Source of the DNA: a virus
DNA: 64,000 bases
Virus record (IMG/VR): IMGVR_UViG_3300029705_000062
Strand: one strand, 5' to 3'
The notes beneath the pieces were generated by a model. That model made no database searches and was not told where the DNA came from. It was given only the letters and a program-made list of their open reading frames with translations. Each line of letters opens with the position of its first letter. Position 1 is the first letter of the stretch. Below are positions 48,479 through 57,514 of this stretch, piece after piece. Both the position numbers and the translations under genes were made by a program.

Positions 48479-48724
48479 CTATATTTCTAAATAAACTCCA
48501 ATAAAAGAAATACTATACTCCATTTCAATCTCATGTAGTACACTCTTTAATTCATCTACTAATACACCATCAATGGAATTTAAAGTCATTGTTGTTTTAT
48601 TTATTTCTATTGATCCATCTTCTTTTCTGTTTACACCTTCAAATCTTATTCTTCCTATGTCTATACATTCTCTGCTATTAAACATTGATTTTCTTATAAG
48701 ATTTTTTATTTTATTATTTGTCAT
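48479..48724 (-). CDS. Hypothetical protein
   Basis: 81-aa ORF. Confidence 0.4.
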   Translation of the reverse strand: MTNNKIKNLIRKSMFNSRECIDIGRIRFEGVNRKEDGSIEINKTTMTLNSIDGVLVDELKSVLHEIEMEYSISFIGVYLEI

Positions 48725-48732
48725 ATCTTCAC

Positions 48733-49647
48733 CTACTTTAATTTATATAATTTTGGTTTCTTTTCTCCAACATTTTCTTTAGCATAACAGGTTGTTGATT
48801 TAATCCATTTTCTTTCACCATTTCTTAAAGTTCTGAAATGACCTACTCTAGTCCATTCAGATGTCTGCCTGTCATAGCTTTCTCTTTTAGCTCTTTCTTG
48901 TTCATCTCTTATTCTTTTTATCTTAGCACCATCAATTTTAATATATCTTATCAACTTAGTTTTCTTAGGTTGTTTCTTTTTCTTCTTACTTGCATTCTTA
49001 GGTTTAATATCTACTCTTCTTGAAGTTTCAGTTATAACTTCCTTACTTCTATGGAATAGCTCATTAACTAATAGGAAGTATAATAAGCAATTCATTAAAC
49101 TTCTATTAGCTATTGTTTGCCTATCTGTTGGAAGACCTTCTTCAATATGATTTTTTAAAAATATATTAAAATATCTATCTGATATAGCACCTAATGGAAT
49201 AAATTTTGCATCTCTTATGCATATAGTTCCTCCAACAATACTATTTCCAAGAATATCTTCAGAATATAAGAATATATTGTCATTTTCTTCTATACTGAAA
49301 TACATTTTATATACTAATCTATTATTTACCTTTAAATTTAATATACAACTTTTTAAGAAAAAGTTATCTAAAACATCAAATGTATAGATGTTTATATTTT
49401 TCCATGCATTTTCTCTAAAGTTCTCATCTATAAGATGTTCTTCAACTTCGACTTCATCTTTATCTTCAAACCATTTTTTTACATTCCTAGCTTTAGAGAG
49501 ATATGCTATATGAGTTTTATCTAAATTATCAATATCAGTAAAATTAAATTTTTCATCTCCTACTGTTGTAGTGGATTTAATAATTTTATTTACTTTTTGT
49601 AGCAATTCTTTTGTTTTATCTAAAGTAATCTCGTTCATATTCAGCAC
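48733..49647 (-). CDS. Hypothetical protein with lysine-rich linker and basic C-terminal domain
   Basis: 304 aa. ASKKKKKQPKKTK tract, then WTRVGHFRTLRNGERKWIKS. Confidence 0.45.
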   Translation of the reverse strand: MLNMNEITLDKTKELLQKVNKIIKSTTTVGDEKFNFTDIDNLDKTHIAYLSKARNVKKWFEDKDEVEVEEHLIDENFRENAWKNINIYTFDVLDNFFLKSCILNLKVNNRLVYKMYFSIEENDNIFLYSEDILGNSIVGGTICIRDAKFIPLGAISDRYFNIFLKNHIEEGLPTDRQTIANRSLMNCLLYFLLVNELFHRSKEVITETSRRVDIKPKNASKKKKKQPKKTKLIRYIKIDGAKIKRIRDEQERAKRESYDRQTSEWTRVGHFRTLRNGERKWIKSTTCYAKENVGEKKPKLYKLK

Positions 49648-49672
49648 CTCGTATGAATTTTAAGTTAATATT

Positions 49673-50065
49673 TTATCCAAAAATAATTTTATCAAATAAA
49701 GCATATTGGATTATACAATCCATATCGTTTGCATCCTCATTACCTTCTTCAAAGATTTCATTAATGTTATAACATCTTCCACTTTCTATGAACTTTTCAA
49801 CACCTTTTAATAATCTGTCATAAGTTAGAAAATATTTTCCATCTTCCTCTTCTATGTCCTTAAATATCATTGGCTTACCATCTTTTAATGCTCTTGCATA
49901 AACATCTTCTATGCAATCATCTTCTTTTCTATATTTTTTATACATTCCTTCTTCTAAACCCATTTCTGAACACCAATAGCTTATACCATAACTAGCACCA
50001 CTCATTATTGTTACAATATCATTTTCAGTTAATTCTGAAACTTTAACTTTTAATTCAAATTTCAT
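49673..50065 (-). CDS. Hypothetical acidic protein
   Basis: 130-aa ORF. Confidence 0.45.
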   Translation of the reverse strand: MKFELKVKVSELTENDIVTIMSGASYGISYWCSEMGLEEGMYKKYRKEDDCIEDVYARALKDGKPMIFKDIEEEDGKYFLTYDRLLKGVEKFIESGRCYNINEIFEEGNEDANDMDCIIQYALFDKIIFG

Positions 50066-50151
50066 TTTATCACCTTTCCTTTTTAAAATTTATATAATAA
50101 AAATATTATCAATACTTATTTAGATATTAAGAAGACCTATAACTCTTTTAT

Positions 50152-50502
50152 CTAAAGCTGATTAATAATATTTTTTATTAGCAAGATATCAATATCTTTT
50201 AAACTAGATAATATTTTATTTCTGTCAATTCTTTTAACATCTAATATATAATCATACAACTCATCTAATTTACTGTCAAATTTATCAACTAAATCTATTA
50301 TTTCATTAAAAGAACTCCTATAATTTTCTAACATACTTTCATATGCTTCAAACTCACTTTGTAGGTTAAGATACTTCTCTTGAATATCTGTAGTATCTAC
50401 TGTTGATAGATGTTCAATTACTTCATATATATCTTCGGATACCTTATCTCTTAAATCCTCCACCTTATTAACATATATTCCTAAGCTATCTACATATACC
50501 AT
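50152..50502 (-). CDS. Helical acidic protein downstream of hicA
   Basis: 116 aa, coiled-coil-like. Lacks the RHH/HTH tail expected of HicB. Confidence 0.45.
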   Translation of the reverse strand: MVYVDSLGIYVNKVEDLRDKVSEDIYEVIEHLSTVDTTDIQEKYLNLQSEFEAYESMLENYRSSFNEIIDLVDKFDSKLDELYDYILDVKRIDRNKILSSLKDIDILLIKNIINQL

Positions 50503-50533
50503 AATTTTTCACAACCCCTTTATATTATTTAAA

Positions 50534-50740
50534 CTATGAATATTTTAACAAAACTTTTTTACTGATACCTGTTTGCCTACATATAGCTGAAATAGTTCCA
50601 TGTGCCAACTGTCTACTAGCTCTATATGGCACTGTTGTTGTCTTACCTTCGTCATTTTTTAATTTTATATGATCTCCATTTGTACTAACTTGTTTCCAAC
50701 CTAGTCTTTTTAGTGCTTTTAAAATATCTTTACAGTTCAA
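50534..50740 (-). CDS. hicA: HicA-family mRNA interferase toxin
   Basis: ILKALKRLGWKQVSTNGDHIKLKN..GKTTTVPY....LAHGTISAICRQTGI fits the HicA dsRBD-like signature with the catalytic His. Start set at TTG 50740 (SD AAGGGGTGG). Confidence 0.65.
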   Translation of the reverse strand: MNCKDILKALKRLGWKQVSTNGDHIKLKNDEGKTTTVPYRASRQLAHGTISAICRQTGISKKVLLKYS

Positions 50741-50783
50741 CAGTTCCACCCCTTTTCTTTTGATAATTTTATTAACCACACCC

Positions 50784-50806
50784 TAAACACACATCTATAA
50801 GGTTTA
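50784..50806 (-). promoter_or_regulatory. Conserved-loop hairpin copy 1
   Basis: TAAAC / GTTTA stem enclosing the + strand loop ACACATCTATAAG. Confidence 0.5.
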
Positions 50807-50868
50807 AATGTAGTTAAATAAATCTTTCATAGCCATATGAAAAACTTATTTAATTACATTTAAAATAT

Positions 50869-50895
50869 ATAGGAGTGGATATTAGCCACCCCTAT
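50869..50895. terminator. Terminator-like hairpin
   Basis: ATAGGAGTGG / CCACCCCTAT stem. Confidence 0.45.
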
Positions 50896-50917
50896 TTAAA
50901 TATATTTTACTCTTTTA

Positions 50918-52777
50918 TTAGCAATATAACACTATATTTCCATTACATTCTATATAAGATACAGTAGTTTCTTTTTCCATATAAGAATCTATATCCATAT
51001 AATCTAAAACATTGTTAGGCAACTTCATTTCTTTTTCTAAATAAAGTCTATAAGCATCTTCTAAATCATATTCAAAGTAACAATATATATCAACTGAATT
51101 AGCCCAACTGTTTAAATCACAACTAAAGCTTAGTAAACTTCTTAATATACTAAAATCATCTCCTAATTCATCTAAAACACTTGTTAAATCTCCAATTAGC
51201 AAATTGATTTCAATACCCAAATATTTTTTTAGCATTCCATTTAATATTCTATCGTCAACTTTAAACTCTTCTATATCTCCTTCAGTATCAATTTTTAATA
51301 TATCTTCTATTTTATCAACTTTGTAGTACTTATCAGATACTTTTATATATGAGTTAGGAATTTCTTGCTCTTGTAAAACTAATTGTATTTCATCAAGTAA
51401 TTCATCTGTTGCTATACCATACCAATATTTTATATCAGACATATGATATATTACATTATTTATTTCCACAAATCTAATGTAATATCTTTCACCTTTTAAA
51501 ACATATAGAGCCTTTGCTAATTCTAACTTTTCATCTTTTACACATGGTATTCCTTTACATTCTATTTTATGACATTGCACAACTCCAACAAATTCTGTTC
51601 CTTTGTATTGTAAATCTATATCATATTTAACTTGTAATGTATTCATACCATTCACTAACTCCTCTTCTATTTTATCTTCACTATCTTTTATTTTATTTAT
51701 AAAGTCTATAAGTTCATCATCATTTTCAAATAAGTGCTTAGTAAGACTACAGTGGTCTTCTAATATCCATTCATTAAGACCTTCAACAACACTATACTCT
51801 AAACTTCCATCTTCGATAGAAACTTCAATGTAATCTCCACCACAATTTATATCAACCTTTAAAATTTCACCCTCTACAACCTTATCCTCTTTATGTTCTG
51901 TAAGATTTATTGATTTATATTCTATACTGTAGCTATTTAGTAGATTTTTAAGATTTTCTACAGTCTTTTCTTTTACAAATCTATCTATATTATCATCAAA
52001 AGTATATCCATTTTTCTCAATCTCTTTATCAACATATTTTGTTATTAAATCAAATGTCCAATCTGAATATTCATAAGCTATATCTAATGAATAATCAATT
52101 AATTGTTGCATAGGTTCTTTATATTGGCTCATGTTATACCCTATGTTAGCATACACCTCTTCATCAAACTCTTCCCAATTAACATTTTCATAAAATTCTC
52201 TACTTTTTATTTCATCTCTTACATATTTTCCTATGCTTGATAACTCTTCCCTATATTCTTTTATCATAGATATATAGTCTTTCATAGAAATTATCATATT
52301 TATTAGAGAAGATTTTCTATATTCATTATCTTCACTATCTATTAGAGCATTTATTTCATCAATGAAACATCTACAGTAGCTATCCATTTTATTTACTGTT
52401 GTTTTACCTTCTTTTTCACAAGTTATAATAACTTCAAAGTCATGTTCTGATTCTATTTGTGTTATAGGAATATCTATAACCTGTGAGTATGAACGTACTA
52501 CATCTATAGCTTTATTTGTTATAACACCTCTAATAAAATCCATTTCATCTTTTATCCAAGTAGTGTATTGATTTATTTCATTATAGTATTCATGATTTTT
52601 ATTTGACTCCAATAATGTGTCATACCAATCAGATAAAGCATTATCTATATTTTCATATTCAAGATGATAATCTTCATTTTGATGACATATTATTTTTCCA
52701 TTTTCTTCAGTAAGCTTATATCCATAAAAATCACATATTTCTTTCATTAATTCATATTTTTTATTATTTGTATTCAT
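50918..52777 (-). CDS. Large acidic hypothetical protein
   Basis: 619-aa ORF, D/E/Y/I-rich, no motif recognised. Confidence 0.5.
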   Translation of the reverse strand: MNTNNKKYELMKEICDFYGYKLTEENGKIICHQNEDYHLEYENIDNALSDWYDTLLESNKNHEYYNEINQYTTWIKDEMDFIRGVITNKAIDVVRSYSQVIDIPITQIESEHDFEVIITCEKEGKTTVNKMDSYCRCFIDEINALIDSEDNEYRKSSLINMIISMKDYISMIKEYREELSSIGKYVRDEIKSREFYENVNWEEFDEEVYANIGYNMSQYKEPMQQLIDYSLDIAYEYSDWTFDLITKYVDKEIEKNGYTFDDNIDRFVKEKTVENLKNLLNSYSIEYKSINLTEHKEDKVVEGEILKVDINCGGDYIEVSIEDGSLEYSVVEGLNEWILEDHCSLTKHLFENDDELIDFINKIKDSEDKIEEELVNGMNTLQVKYDIDLQYKGTEFVGVVQCHKIECKGIPCVKDEKLELAKALYVLKGERYYIRFVEINNVIYHMSDIKYWYGIATDELLDEIQLVLQEQEIPNSYIKVSDKYYKVDKIEDILKIDTEGDIEEFKVDDRILNGMLKKYLGIEINLLIGDLTSVLDELGDDFSILRSLLSFSCDLNSWANSVDIYCYFEYDLEDAYRLYLEKEMKLPNNVLDYMDIDSYMEKETTVSYIECNGNIVLYC

Positions 52778-52813
52778 CTCTATTCAACAATCCTTTTTAT
52801 ATTTATAATATTT

Positions 52814-53470
52814 TTATAAACTTTTACTATCACTACATTCTTTGTACTTATGATTAATAAAGTTATTAATTTCTTCAACTGTAAAAACTCCAAAAGTTTT
52901 TTTCAGCTCTTCATAATCATCTTTATACATCCATTTGTAGCCAAAAGCACTTTGTTTATTTCTTCTTCCTCTACAACAAGCATATATGTCATTTCTATTA
53001 GGTGCTTTACCTAATTCAAGTGTTGCCTTTCTAGTATGGGGATATTCTGCTATAAAAGAGCCATCAGTTTTAGAAAGTTTTACAACAGGTCTAAGTTCAT
53101 TAACTCCACACTTACCTTCTCTTTCAATTCTTCTTATCTGTCCTTTGCTCATGTTAAGTCTTTGCTCTTTACTAAATTCACATCCTTTTTTTCTACCTGC
53201 AACAACTTTATTTTCACCAAACTTATTTAAAAGCTTAGTTTTTATTTTTGATAATGTATTGTATATTATCTTTTCACTTACTGTATTTTCTACAGTATTT
53301 CTAGCATGATTTGGATTTAAAGAATACTCAAATTTATCAAATCTTTGTGGTATTCTAACTTTAAAAATTTCCCCTAGAATAATTACATCCTCTTGCTCTA
53401 GTGGAATGCACTCTCTAAAGTTCGCCCACTCCAATGCATTGTTAATAATATCTTCTCTTGTTTTTTCCAT
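52814..53470 (-). CDS. NUMOD3/IENR1-containing DNA-binding protein (homing-endonuclease-derived)
   Basis: GRKKGCEFSKEQRLNMSKGQ (NUMOD3-like) and ..SAFGYKWMY. No nuclease motif seen. Confidence 0.4.
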   Translation of the reverse strand: MEKTREDIINNALEWANFRECIPLEQEDVIILGEIFKVRIPQRFDKFEYSLNPNHARNTVENTVSEKIIYNTLSKIKTKLLNKFGENKVVAGRKKGCEFSKEQRLNMSKGQIRRIEREGKCGVNELRPVVKLSKTDGSFIAEYPHTRKATLELGKAPNRNDIYACCRGRRNKQSAFGYKWMYKDDYEELKKTFGVFTVEEINNFINHKYKECSDSKSL

Positions 53471-53486
53471 ATGTCTTACCTTCTCC

Positions 53487-53939
53487 CTATCGAATATTTT
53501 TTCTCTCCCAAAATCTATATGAATAAGATATATATGCTTCTTTGATGATTTGTTCCTCAGTTAGTCCACTTGCCCAAGGTTGATTTTTTTCTCTATCTAG
53601 TAAATTATTAAATATATCTACTTCATTCATATCTTTCATTTGTTTATCTAAAGCATCAAACCATTCTTTTTTACTCATGGTCTTTTTATTTTTTAATACA
53701 ATTTTTTCTACTAAAGTACTAATTTTTTTATTAGTGTACAAATCTCTGTAAGAATGTTCTTGATAAGTTGAATAACTGAAAGCATAAGGATTATCAAATG
53801 CCTTATCCTCATTCTTTAAAGAAGGTTTGATATAATAGGTGGTTCTATCACCATTTGGATAACTATCTATAATTTCATATTCCTTATATTCTTCTATATC
53901 AGATATTTTATATCCTTTAAATACATCAACTCTTTTCAT
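53487..53939 (-). CDS. Hypothetical protein
   Basis: Start moved to ATG 53939 (SD AGGTGGAG). The ORF-track extension runs up to the IS right end. Confidence 0.45.
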   Translation of the reverse strand: MKRVDVFKGYKISDIEEYKEYEIIDSYPNGDRTTYYIKPSLKNEDKAFDNPYAFSYSTYQEHSYRDLYTNKKISTLVEKIVLKNKKTMSKKEWFDALDKQMKDMNEVDIFNNLLDREKNQPWASGLTEEQIIKEAYISYSYRFWERKNIR

Positions 53940-53965
53940 ATCTCCACCTAGTTGATTGTAAAATT

Positions 53966-54051
53966 TGAACTTCCCCACCTTAACTACCTACGGTGACGTT
54001 TGAAGGTGGGGATTCCTGTTCGATAGTACTATTGTACTAAGCATCCACAGG
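53966..54051 (-). ncRNA. Putative omega RNA scaffold of the second TnpB
   Basis: Structured GC-richer segment 3' of tnpB with a CCCCACCTT / AAGGTGGGG hairpin at the RE. Confidence 0.45.
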
Positions 54052-55182
54052 CTAATAAGCTTGTTCCAAGCTCACTAATCTTAATCCTTCTTTTAGGATA
54101 TTTTTACTAGCATTTACATCTCTATCATGTTCTTCTCCACATTCAGGACAAGTCCATTTCCTAAGTGCTAGATTCTTTACATCTTTATTTCTATATCCAC
54201 ATACATTACATAGTTGACTTGATGGATATGTTTTATCTATTACTGATATAGTTCTCCCATACCAATTAGCTTTATATTCCAACATTCTTCTGAACTCATA
54301 CCAAGATACTTCACTTATTGCACCAGCTAATTTATGATTTTTCATCATATTACTTACTTTTAAATCTTCTAAACAAATTATTTGGTTTTCTTTAATTAGT
54401 TTAGTTGATATTTTATGCAAATAATCTTTTCTTTGATTTGTAATTCTTTCATGTATCTTAGCAATTTTAATTCTTTGTTTATTCCAATTATTACTGAACT
54501 TTTGCATTTTCGATAATTTTCTTTGTTCTAGCTTTAATCTATAATTAGCCTTTCTTAACCACTTAGGATTATCAAAAACATCTCCATTAGAACATATTGC
54601 AAATTCCTTTAATCCTAAATCTATTCCTACATTAGAATCTACTTTTGAAAGTTGTTCTATATCAACTTTACAACATAGGCTAACAAAATATTTTCCTGTA
54701 GGTGTTTTAGATACTGTCGCATTAAGTATTTTACCTTCTACAACTTGGGAAATCTTTGCTCTAATCCATTTTAGTTTAGGTAACTTAATTAGATTATCTT
54801 TAATGGTTATATTATTATTAACACATTTACTTTCAAAACTTCTCTTTGGATTTCTCTTAGTTTTGAATTTTGGAAATCCTTGATTATTACCTTTTTTAAT
54901 TTCTCTAAAAAAGTTTTGATATGCACTATCTAAATCATCAATAGTAGCCTGTAAACAAGTAGAATCTACTTCTTTAAGCCATTCATATTCTTTTTTTAGT
55001 AATGGTATCATCTTAACTAAATCATACTTTGAATACGATTTACCTTGTTCTTCATATGTTTTAATTTGTAATGCTAACATATTATTATATATGAATCTAC
55101 TACATCCAAATGATTTTTCTATCAGCTGTTTCTGTATCTCACTTGGATATATTCTAAATTTATATGCTTTCATTTGTTCCAT
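54052..55182 (-). CDS. tnpB: TnpB RNA-guided endonuclease
   Basis: RuvC D (VGIDLGL), E (IICLEDLKV), D (DRDVNAS). Zinc finger CNVCG...CPECG. Confidence 0.85.
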   Translation of the reverse strand: MEQMKAYKFRIYPSEIQKQLIEKSFGCSRFIYNNMLALQIKTYEEQGKSYSKYDLVKMIPLLKKEYEWLKEVDSTCLQATIDDLDSAYQNFFREIKKGNNQGFPKFKTKRNPKRSFESKCVNNNITIKDNLIKLPKLKWIRAKISQVVEGKILNATVSKTPTGKYFVSLCCKVDIEQLSKVDSNVGIDLGLKEFAICSNGDVFDNPKWLRKANYRLKLEQRKLSKMQKFSNNWNKQRIKIAKIHERITNQRKDYLHKISTKLIKENQIICLEDLKVSNMMKNHKLAGAISEVSWYEFRRMLEYKANWYGRTISVIDKTYPSSQLCNVCGYRNKDVKNLALRKWTCPECGEEHDRDVNASKNILKEGLRLVSLEQAY

Positions 55183-55268
55183 TGATTTTTTACCTCCTTT
55201 TGTGTATTATTTTGATATATATATTATATCATGTATTATTTTAATGCACAATACTTAGGAGGAAAATT

Positions 55269-55409
55269 ATGTTACAAGTAGTTAATATGAAATACCCAAA
55301 ACAATTGTTAGATAGAATAGACAAGTTTAAAGAAGATATGGGATTTACAACAAGAACTAATGCAATTATTCACTTGATTCTAAATTCATTAGAAACTAAA
55401 GGTTATTAG
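55269..55409 (+). CDS. 46-aa ribbon-helix-helix (CopG/Arc-like) protein inside the IS (not in ORF track)
   Basis: AGGAGG SD 7 nt upstream. MLQVVNMKYPKQLLDRIDKFKEDMGFTTRTNAIIHLILNSLETKGY fits a beta-alpha-alpha RHH pattern. Divergent from tnpB. Confidence 0.55.
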   Translation: MLQVVNMKYPKQLLDRIDKFKEDMGFTTRTNAIIHLILNSLETKGY

Positions 55410-55467
55410 TACCTACGGTTAGGCTTACATCCCCACCCTGCTACGCTGAGGATGGGGTATTACGCCT

Positions 55468-55635
55468 TTAAAAGATAAATTCTATTTCTTCTAAATCACA
55501 AAGAAGCTTATCAAATGAAGGTAAGTATTTAGGATAAGTTATAAGGTTTGCACCTTCTTCATACAATACACCTAAAAATTCATACATTGATTTCATCATT
55601 TCTTTTTTTGCTTTTTCTAATCTTTCAGTATTCAT
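55468..55635 (-). CDS. Hypothetical 55-aa protein (not in ORF track)
   Basis: SD AAGGTGGTAA. Encodes MNTERLEKAKKEMMKSMYEF... The stop codon abuts the IS left end. Confidence 0.4.
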   Translation of the reverse strand: MNTERLEKAKKEMMKSMYEFLGVLYEEGANLITYPKYLPSFDKLLCDLEEIEFIF

Positions 55636-55670
55636 ATTTTTACCACCTTATATTATTATTTTTATCTAAA

Positions 55671-55709
55671 CATTTTTATATCAACACATCTATAGGTGAT
55701 TAAAAAATG
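55671..55709 (-). promoter_or_regulatory. Conserved-loop hairpin copy 2
   Basis: CATTTTTATATCA / TGATTAAAAAATG arms enclosing ACACATCTATAGG. Confidence 0.55.
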
Positions 55710-55762
55710 TAGATAAATAACTCTTTAAATTATAGTCATTTAAAAAGTTATTTATTCACATT

Positions 55763-55779
55763 TTTTAATTATTTGCTTA
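55763..55779 (-). promoter_or_regulatory. AAGCAAATAATTRAAA motif copy 7
   Basis: Sense TAAGCAAATAATTAAAA, about 70 nt upstream of hairpin copy 2. Confidence 0.5.
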
Positions 55780-55823
55780 TGGAATATATTATGCTCATAG
55801 AACATAATATATTCCAATTTATT

Positions 55824-56096
55824 TTATAAAACTTCTATTTTTATAACCTTACTATCTAAACATTCTCCGTCAAACTCATCATTGCAATCAATTACATTAT
55901 CTGTATCAAAATCATTTATAAATTCTGAAGTAGCATTTTCAAAATTACAACTATCTGTTACATATGTGTACGTTCTTTTTGCATAAAGTTCTTCATCAAA
56001 TTCCTTATCAAAATCTTCTTCATTTATATAAGAAACCTTGCATATTTCAGTAACTCTAAGTTCTATCTTTTCATTATTTTTATATAAATTAACCAT
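55824..56096 (-). CDS. Highly acidic small protein
   Basis: 90 aa, about 24 D/E versus 9 K/R by hand count. Confidence 0.5.
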   Translation of the reverse strand: MVNLYKNNEKIELRVTEICKVSYINEEDFDKEFDEELYAKRTYTYVTDSCNFENATSEFINDFDTDNVIDCNDEFDGECLDSKVIKIEVL

Positions 56097-56108
56097 ATTT
56101 ATATCCTC

Positions 56109-56261
56109 CTATTTTACAAATACATCTTTATATCCTATTTCTATAAAAGTTTCTTTAACTTTATCTGCATTGCTCTTACATTTAACTTTAGCTAGTAGTA
56201 TTACTCCATCTTCTTTGTATTGACCATATCCCCATATTTCATACCATACTTTAGTAGCCAT
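56109..56261 (-). CDS. Hypothetical 50-aa protein (not in ORF track)
   Basis: GGTGAAATAAT-ATG initiation block. Encodes MATKVWYEIWGYGQYKEDG... Confidence 0.4.
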   Translation of the reverse strand: MATKVWYEIWGYGQYKEDGVILLAKVKCKSNADKVKETFIEIGYKDVFVK

Positions 56262-56262
56262 A

Positions 56263-56469
56263 TTATTTCACCAACTTTCTAGCACAACTTTTAGCTTCAG
56301 TTAATGTTGCTACACTTAGTTTTGTACATCCTTGATAATCTACTCTATATCTAACTTTATCCTTACCTAGAGGATTGTATTCATACACTCTAATAATATC
56401 TGCACACTCACCATTTTTATCATTGAAGGCAATATATTTACCTTCATGTTCTTTATTTATTCTAATCAT
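56263..56469 (-). CDS. Hypothetical protein
   Basis: 68-aa ORF abutting the upstream stop. Confidence 0.4.
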   Translation of the reverse strand: MIRINKEHEGKYIAFNDKNGECADIIRVYEYNPLGKDKVRYRVDYQGCTKLSVATLTEAKSCARKLVK

Positions 56470-57465
56470 TTATAACACCACCTTTTCTAAAGATACTTGA
56501 ATATGACATATACCTTCTAAAAATAGTTCAAAGTACATTATATTATTATTTTCATATTCATTAACTTCATCTGAACTATCAAGTTCATAACCATCATCTA
56601 AAAATGATTGTTTGTATTCTTCAATAATTAAATCAAAGTTTTTCATACCTTCCTCTTTAGTTCTATAATGAAATACGTTTACTGTGTCTTCATAGCAATT
56701 TTCATTAACACTATGGTCTATTAAAGTATAAAACTCCATTTTTGGCTCTTCCTTAACTTCAACTTCTTCCTCTTTGTCTTTTATTTTAAGTGATAATTTA
56801 ATTTGTAGACTTCCTTCATCATGTAATAGTAAAAACTCATCTCTCTCTCTGTAGTCTATCATATATTTTTTTACTTCCATTTCATTAGAGAAATCAGTAG
56901 TATTATCACTATCATAATCATCATGCTCTATATTATAATGTTCCATTGTAAACTCAATACTCTTTTTTATATCCTTATAGGCATCTACTTCATTAGAAAA
57001 AACTTCTACTGTAGTATCATCAGTAGTGGAAAAATTACCTCTGCTTGAATATGAAACAACATAAACTTTATTTTTATTTCTATCTAAATATCTACTATAT
57101 AAGTCTGAAACTAAGTTCATTGCAATACCACAATCAAATGCTTGTTCTTCTTCACCATTTTCCCAATATTCTTCATATAGTTCTTCTAGCATTTCCCAAC
57201 CATATGATAATTCATATCCTATGTCATTAATTGATACATATTCTTCATTAGTTTCATCTATATCTCCTAGTTCACTACCACAAGAGTCAAATCTAATAAA
57301 CATATTATCTTTTAAGTTTCTAGCAAATAATTCATATCCATGACCTTCAAATACATCATAAAATGCTTTTATTTCATTATCTGTTGCTCCAACAACTCCA
57401 TTATTTTCTAAAAACTCTCTCATAGTGCTTACTTCATGTAAATATACCATATCTTTTAATTTCAT
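56470..57465 (-). CDS. Acidic hypothetical protein
   Basis: Start at ATG 57465 after AAAAAGGAATGGTGAATAAT. Confidence 0.5.
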   Translation of the reverse strand: MKLKDMVYLHEVSTMREFLENNGVVGATDNEIKAFYDVFEGHGYELFARNLKDNMFIRFDSCGSELGDIDETNEEYVSINDIGYELSYGWEMLEELYEEYWENGEEEQAFDCGIAMNLVSDLYSRYLDRNKNKVYVVSYSSRGNFSTTDDTTVEVFSNEVDAYKDIKKSIEFTMEHYNIEHDDYDSDNTTDFSNEMEVKKYMIDYRERDEFLLLHDEGSLQIKLSLKIKDKEEEVEVKEEPKMEFYTLIDHSVNENCYEDTVNVFHYRTKEEGMKNFDLIIEEYKQSFLDDGYELDSSDEVNEYENNNIMYFELFLEGICHIQVSLEKVVL

Positions 57466-57514
57466 ATTATTCACCATTCCTTTTTATATATAGTGTATAC
57501 CTTTATATATTTAA

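Larger units (their letters stand above)
53966..55466 (-). mobile_element. IS200/IS605-family element with tnpB and a divergent RHH gene
   Basis: LE (sense) GGCGTAATACCCCATCCTCA matches 17/20 to the LE of the 39433 element. RE ..CCCCACCTT...AAGGTGGGGAAGTTCA. Confidence 0.7.

Noticed and set aside
39433-55466. Search for a Y1 (HUH) TnpA transposase in or beside the two IS605-family elements.
   Set aside because: No ORF with HUH/Y motifs exists between either LE and tnpB or nearby. The elements are tnpB-only (IS1341-like), one of them with the RHH gene reported separately.
55681-55699. The plus-strand reading TCAACACATCTATAGGTGA resembles single-subunit phage RNAP promoters (K11/SP6 type ..ACACTATAGG..).
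   Set aside because: That orientation would drive transcription antisense to every neighbouring gene. The match needs a 2-nt insertion in the core, and no T7-like RNAP gene is in the window. It is kept only as a remote alternative for the + strand T-tract terminators.
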